Positions 35,086-39,222 of a stretch of DNA of 39,222 bases are shown here, one piece after another; within the stretch, counting starts at the first letter, position 1, and the number at the start of each line of letters is the position of its first letter. The stretch is taken from positions 1 to 39,222 of IMG/VR virus record IMGVR_UViG_3300037991_005116, one strand, 5' to 3'. The notes beneath the pieces are model-generated. The model ran no database searches and was not told the origin of the DNA. It saw nothing but the letters and a program-made list of their open reading frames with translations. Origin of the DNA: a virus. Lineage: Duplodnaviria; Caudoviricetes. A program made the position numbers and the translations under genes.

Positions 35086-35655
35086 ATGACCTACGCATCA
35101 ACCACAACGCTGGCCCGTATCCGTGCCGCGTCACCCTGCCAAGGCGGCTGGACCAAGCTGCTGGACCATCTCGGCAAGACCAGCTCCGATGACGAGCCGC
35201 TGCCGCTGCTGACCGTGCTGGATAGCAACGGGCTGGACGATGCGCTTTGGGTCTTGTCTTTCGCCATACCCGATGACCGGCTGGCGCGGCACTTCCAGGC
35301 GTGGTGCGCGGATAGGGTGCTGCATCTGTTTGAGGACGATTATCCGGATGATTCCCGCGTCCGTGATCAAATCGCCATGCTACGCCGTGATGATGCCAGC
35401 GATGATGAAAGACGGACTGCCGCAGAGGCAGCCGCAGGGGCTGTCGAATGGGCTGCCGCAGGGGCCGCAGGGGCCGCAGGGGCTGCCGTATGGGCCGCAC
35501 TGGCTGCCGCACGGCCCGTCGCATGGGACGCCGCACGGAATGCCGTATGGGCCGCAGGGACGGTCGCACCGGATGCCGAACGGTATGGCGAACGGGCTGC
35601 CGAACGGGATGCTCAGGAGCGACAGTTGCGCGCGATGATCGGCGGTGCAGCATGA
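35086..35655 (+). CDS. Imm5-like phage protein with Ala-Trp repeats
   Basis: TTLARIRAASPC..GW.KLL..LGKT..DDEPL....LDSNGLDDALW; CA.RVLHLFE..YP.D.R.R; AAWAA-type repeats; in-frame upstream ATG at 34987 possible. Confidence 0.75.
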   Translation: MTYASTTTLARIRAASPCQGGWTKLLDHLGKTSSDDEPLPLLTVLDSNGLDDALWVLSFAIPDDRLARHFQAWCADRVLHLFEDDYPDDSRVRDQIAMLRRDDASDDERRTAAEAAAGAVEWAAAGAAGAAGAAVWAALAAARPVAWDAARNAVWAAGTVAPDAERYGERAAERDAQERQLRAMIGGAA

Positions 35656-35951
35656 CCCGACGCACGAACTGGATCAAAGACACACTGGCCGATACCGCGC
35701 GCACTGCCATAGCAGTGGCGATCATCATACCGATAATCGGCGCGGTGCTGCTGTTCGTCTCCGTAATTCTGGGACTGGTTTTTGACACGCCGCCATCGCA
35801 ACTGTTCGGATCGTCATTCTTCGGAGGCGCGGCGGGGGCGGTGTTTGCCTTCTTGCTTATCGAGTGGGGGACCGGAGAAGGGCCGGGCACCAATATCGCC
35901 TTTGCTGTCGTCTCCATTAGTGCGGCTGGCCTCCTGGTGACGCTGCTATGA
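35652..35951 (+). CDS. three-TM membrane protein
   Basis: 99 aa from ATG 35652, three hydrophobic segments, ATGA-coupled. Confidence 0.65.
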   Translation: MTRRTNWIKDTLADTARTAIAVAIIIPIIGAVLLFVSVILGLVFDTPPSQLFGSSFFGGAAGAVFAFLLIEWGTGEGPGTNIAFAVVSISAAGLLVTLL

Positions 35952-35970
35952 CCGCCGCGCTGCGCCCTAC

Positions 35971-36013
35971 GACGAGTTGGCGGAGTGGCTACGCAGCGGA
36001 TTGCAAATCCGTG
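35971..36013 (+). pseudogene. 5' half of tRNA-Cys(GCA), putative attP
   Basis: GACGAGT-TG-GCGG-AGTGGCTA-CGC-A-GCGGA-TTGCAAA-TCCGT-G gives acceptor 5' strand, D arm and anticodon arm; no T arm (GTTCGA) or 3' acceptor strand follows. Confidence 0.85.
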
Positions 36014-36174
36014 GATTTAGCGTTTCCCGCCAGACAGATAACCCCCAATTTTTTACCGGACAGAACCCGAACGGGGGGTGAACCTGTAAAATCCAGATTT
36101 GTGCCGCTTCGTGTTATCGGACGGGGGCGGGTGTGAATGACATGGGCATTTATCCCCGGAACGGATCAACGCGC

Positions 36175-36435
36175 ATGAATTGCTCTGTCGATGATTGTGA
36201 TGGTGCGGTCGCCTATAGGGGAATGTGCACGAAACACTATAACCGCCTGCGGCGTCACGGACGCCCTGACGGCGGGCGCACCGAAGATGGCTCAGCGATC
36301 AAGGCCTTGGAAGCGCGATCAAAAACGGGAAATCGTGGAGGCATATTAAATGACATCACAACACAATTCGGGGCGCATGACGCAGGTTGCCGCCCTGTAT
36401 GTTCAGACCGGCGGCAGCTATTTCGGGCTTCCTGA
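36175..36435 (+). pseudogene. truncated HNH homing-endonuclease-like gene (N-terminal Zn-finger only)
   Basis: CSVDDC.....RGMC.KHY.R.RRHG.P motif typical of phage HNH N-termini; no HNH core follows. Confidence 0.5.
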
Positions 36436-37057
36436 CGTTGACCCTTGGGACGAAGGCCGGGATGCCCGCGCCTATGCGGGGCCACACCCTGTTGTTGCGC
36501 ACCCGCCCTGTCAGCGCTGGGGCAAGATGTGGAAGGGCCAGCCCGGAAACATCAAGCGCGGCAAGGTTGAGAAGCTTGGCGATGATGGCGGGTGCTTTGC
36601 CGCTGCACTGGACGCTGTGCGTCGATATGGTGGCGTCCTTGAGCATCCCGAACACAGTCAAGCATGGGCGCATTTCAACCTTAACAAGCCGCCGCGCAAA
36701 GGCGGATGGATTGCGGCAGAGTTGCCGGGAGCAGCCCGATACGGATGGACTTGCCGCGTCGAACAGGGGCAATATGGACACTATGCGCCGAAGCCGACGT
36801 GGTTATATGCGGTAGGTGTCAAATTCACCGATTTGCCCGACCTCAAATGGGGCGTAAACAAGGTGCCTGACGACGCCTTCCCTGCCGACGTAGTGGCGCG
36901 CAGAGGGATTTCCTACTGTCGCCGCGCGGGCCTTATGGCCTTCCGGGGCGGCGGCAAGAACAGCACGCCGCGCATCTATACGCCGACCGAATTTCGCGAG
37001 ATTCTGATCGGGATAGCCCGATCGGTGAAGGCAGCCGAGCAGATGAGCTTGATCTGA
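36377..37057 (+). CDS. minimal DNA cytosine-C5 methyltransferase-like protein
   Basis: Catalytic HPPCQ, LEHP (motif VI-like), QYGH...K.TWL, C-terminal TP.EF...L; canonical FxGxG absent; start 36377 or 36350. Confidence 0.6.
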   Translation: MTQVAALYVQTGGSYFGLPDVDPWDEGRDARAYAGPHPVVAHPPCQRWGKMWKGQPGNIKRGKVEKLGDDGGCFAAALDAVRRYGGVLEHPEHSQAWAHFNLNKPPRKGGWIAAELPGAARYGWTCRVEQGQYGHYAPKPTWLYAVGVKFTDLPDLKWGVNKVPDDAFPADVVARRGISYCRRAGLMAFRGGGKNSTPRIYTPTEFREILIGIARSVKAAEQMSLI

Positions 37058-37074
37058 TGGGTGCCCGCGCATGA

Positions 37075-37101
37075 CTTCCCCCAACACACAGGAGCCAACC
37101 A
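37075..37101 (+). repeat. 27-bp direct repeat, copy 1
   Basis: CTTCCCCCAACACACAGGAGCCAACCA identical to 38813-38839. Confidence 0.9.
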
Positions 37102-37796
37102 TGGCCGATAGACCGATCCTTTTCAGCAGCCCTATGATCCGCGCGCTCCTCGACGGCCGCAAGACTCAGACGCGGCGCGTGTTGAAATTGAACGGCGCCC
37201 GGCCCGCCTTTTGCGGCGGGCGCGGCGATCTTGACGATCCGACATGCTGGGGCTGGGAAGATACCAACCACGGCGACTGGATCACCTTGGAAAAGGATCC
37301 CGGTCAGCGGATGGGCTGGCGCGATTGGGTTGGCGCACCGCGCGCTGGCGACCGGCTGTGGGTTCGGGAAGCCTGGCAGACCGTCGATGCCTACGAGGAC
37401 GTCAAGCCCTCTGAAATGGGCGGCGATGAGCCGATCCTCTATGTCGCTGACGACTACGTTGAGCGATGGGGGTGGCCCGGATGCGGGGGCAGGTGGGGGA
37501 GGAAGCGCGCCGGTATTCACATGCCCCGCTGGGCGTCCCGCCTGACGCTGACCGTGACCGACGTGCGGGTGCAGCGGTTGCAAGATATCAGCGAGGCGGA
37601 CTCGCTCGCCGAGGGAGTGGGAACCCTCACATGCTCCGTCCCGGCGATGGGAAAGAGTATCACCGCCCGCGACGACTTCCGCGACCTCTGGGACAGCCTG
37701 AACGAACCGCGTGGATCCGGTTGGGACAACAACCCGTGGATCGTCGCATACACCTTCACCGTCGAGCGGAAGAACATTGATGCGAAGGCGTCGTGA
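37101..37796 (+). CDS. ASCH/PUA-like domain phage protein
   Basis: RPILFS.PMIRALLDGRKTQTRR...GDRLWVRE.W...IHMPRWASR.TL.V..VR.QRLQDISE.D..AEG...W..NPW. Confidence 0.8.
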   Translation: MADRPILFSSPMIRALLDGRKTQTRRVLKLNGARPAFCGGRGDLDDPTCWGWEDTNHGDWITLEKDPGQRMGWRDWVGAPRAGDRLWVREAWQTVDAYEDVKPSEMGGDEPILYVADDYVERWGWPGCGGRWGRKRAGIHMPRWASRLTLTVTDVRVQRLQDISEADSLAEGVGTLTCSVPAMGKSITARDDFRDLWDSLNEPRGSGWDNNPWIVAYTFTVERKNIDAKAS

Positions 37797-38809
37797 TGGC
37801 GGCGACTACCCCCTTCATCCTGCCCGAAGGCAACGTCCAGATATCCCTGAGCGGCGGACGCACGTCCGCATACATGTTGGCCCGCATCATGGATGCCAAC
37901 CCCGGCGCGGTTCAGGACGAGAGCCGTGTCCAGGTCGTGTTCTGCAACACTGGTCGCGAACGCCCTGAGACGCTGGATTTTGTAGCCGAAATAGGACGGC
38001 GCTGGCAGGTTCCGATTGTCTGGATTGAGTTTCAGCAGGGTGCGCCGGGTCAGCGGTTCCGTGTTGTCGGGCGTCAGGGTGCGTCCTTGGATGGCGAACC
38101 TTTTCGCGATCTTATATTCTGGCGCAGCTTTATGCCTCATGCCACGGCGCGCTTCTGCACGTCTGAATTGAAGGTTAGGCCCGCCCGCGACTACCTGCGC
38201 TCGATCGGGTGGGACCAATGGACGGCGGCTGTCGGATTTCGCGCAGATGAGGCACACCGGGACGGGTCCACTGGCGTGGCACGGGAACGCTGGACACGCT
38301 GGTGCCCGATGATCGAAGCGGAAACAACAAAGCGCGATGTGATCGCCTTTTGGCAAGATCAGCCTTTTGATTTAGGCCTCTCGTCGGACGGGCGGACGCC
38401 GCTTGGCAACTGCGATGGGTGCATGTTGAAATCTGAGCGCGTCCTCTCCGCCTTGGCGCGGGATGAACCCGACCGCCACGCATGGTGGGAAGATATGGAG
38501 CGCGTCCTGACTGAGCGTTGGTGGAGCCTCACGCCATGGGCGCGCCTGCGCAGGATCATCGCGTCGGACCAGTATAAGACCGTCAAGGATAAAACCGCCC
38601 CCCGGTTGCGCGCGGCCTACGGCCGGCCAATTCCCAAATCGGTTCTCCTTCAAGTGGCGGACCGGCCCAGAACCATGAGTTTCAATAAGCGCGTAAGCCG
38701 CCGCGCCATTCGTGAAAAGGTGGAACGGCAAGGCGACTGGATTTTCAGCGCCGAGGCAGATGACTTGGGTGTCCTCTGCCAAGTCGATGGAGGCGAGTGC
38801 ATCGAATGA
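37793..38809 (+). CDS. PAPS-reductase-family (PP-loop, Fe-S) protein
   Basis: SLSGGRTS, FCNTGRE..ETLDF, RFCT.ELK, GFRADE, GNCDGC.LKS, C-terminal CQVDGGEC. Confidence 0.85.
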   Translation: MMAATTPFILPEGNVQISLSGGRTSAYMLARIMDANPGAVQDESRVQVVFCNTGRERPETLDFVAEIGRRWQVPIVWIEFQQGAPGQRFRVVGRQGASLDGEPFRDLIFWRSFMPHATARFCTSELKVRPARDYLRSIGWDQWTAAVGFRADEAHRDGSTGVARERWTRWCPMIEAETTKRDVIAFWQDQPFDLGLSSDGRTPLGNCDGCMLKSERVLSALARDEPDRHAWWEDMERVLTERWWSLTPWARLRRIIASDQYKTVKDKTAPRLRAAYGRPIPKSVLLQVADRPRTMSFNKRVSRRAIREKVERQGDWIFSAEADDLGVLCQVDGGECIE

Positions 38810-38812
38810 CCT

Positions 38813-38839
38813 CTTCCCCCAACACACAGGAGCCAACCA
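38813..38839 (+). repeat. 27-bp direct repeat, copy 2
   Basis: Identical to 37075-37101. Confidence 0.9.
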
Positions 38840-38855
38840 GGGCAGAGAACACATC

Positions 38856-39016
38856 ATGACACCCAGCGGTGACAGCCCCGTGCCCGGAAACGCGTGACCT
38901 TCCGCAATGGCGATATCGAAGAACTCTACGCGTGGGGGATCGATTGGTGGGGCGACCATGGCTGCCCGGAAGATGTGGTAAAGTGGGAATACGCTGACAG
39001 ATCGGAGCAGAACTAG
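38856..39016 (+). pseudogene. frameshifted paralogue of 33085..33273
   Basis: MTPSGDSPVPGNA* then, in another frame, VTFRNGDIEELYAWGIDWWGDHGCPEDVVKWEYADRSEQN*; net 10 nt missing relative to the intact copy. Confidence 0.75.
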
Positions 39017-39062
39017 CCGCGAATGACGCCCTGACCGTTGTAGCTTTTGCACCCGCACGGCA

Positions 39063-39145
39063 TCACCGATCCTCCTTGGCTTTGATCATATCTGACTTAG
39101 CTTCTGGCCAAGGCGCAGCAATGGGCATCCAATGGGTTGCGTCAC
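39063..39145 (-). CDS. DUF551-like protein, 3' part (joined to 198..9)
   Basis: GDATHWMPIAAPWPEAKSDMIKAKEDR*, in frame with the ORF starting at 198. Confidence 0.8.
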
Positions 39146-39222
39146 CTTGGTCAATCTCGGTCCCGTCAGACGCCACAATCCATTGCGGCTTATTATCCGG
39201 CCCGCCGTAAGGCTCATAGTAA
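39146..39222. repeat. 77-bp terminal direct repeat, right copy
   Basis: Identical to 9-85. Confidence 0.95.

Noticed and set aside
35948-36136. 62-aa ORF MTAALRPTTSWRSGYAADCKS...
   Set aside because: WRSGYAADCKS is simply the translation of the tRNA-Cys fragment; coding status unsupported
37793-38809. cysH auxiliary metabolic gene for sulfur assimilation
   Set aside because: Lacks the ECGLH C-terminal motif of true CysH, no other cys genes, and neighbours point to nucleic-acid modification

Overview
The window is an apparently complete, circularly assembled genome (about 39.1 kb unique) of a GC-rich podovirus-type tailed phage. The host is probably an alphaproteobacterium (Rhodobacterales-like), inferred from promoter style, a GafA/DUF6456-like activator and a tRNA-Cys fragment. 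A 77-bp end overlap (9-85 = 39146-39222) closes the circle and restores a DUF551 gene across the join. The minus strand carries an early/replication operon (Cro, GIY-YIG-HTH, RusA, PD-(D/E)XK exonuclease, SSB-like protein, primase-helicase with an 11-iteron origin, DUF6456 late activator), followed by the late operon (terminases, portal, scaffold, capsid, tail tubular proteins, three ejection proteins, tail fibre, endolysin, holin, spanins). The plus strand carries an XRE repressor with five 17-bp operators and an accessory early operon (secreted Q/N-rich protein, repeat proteins, a 5' half of tRNA-Cys, a cytosine-MTase-like gene, an ASCH-like gene and a PAPS-reductase-like gene). A second divergent switch built on a ribbon-helix-helix repressor lies near 1.0-1.3 kb. 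No integrase, partition gene, reverse transcriptase or CRISPR array is visible. All product calls come from motif recognition by eye, without database searches.
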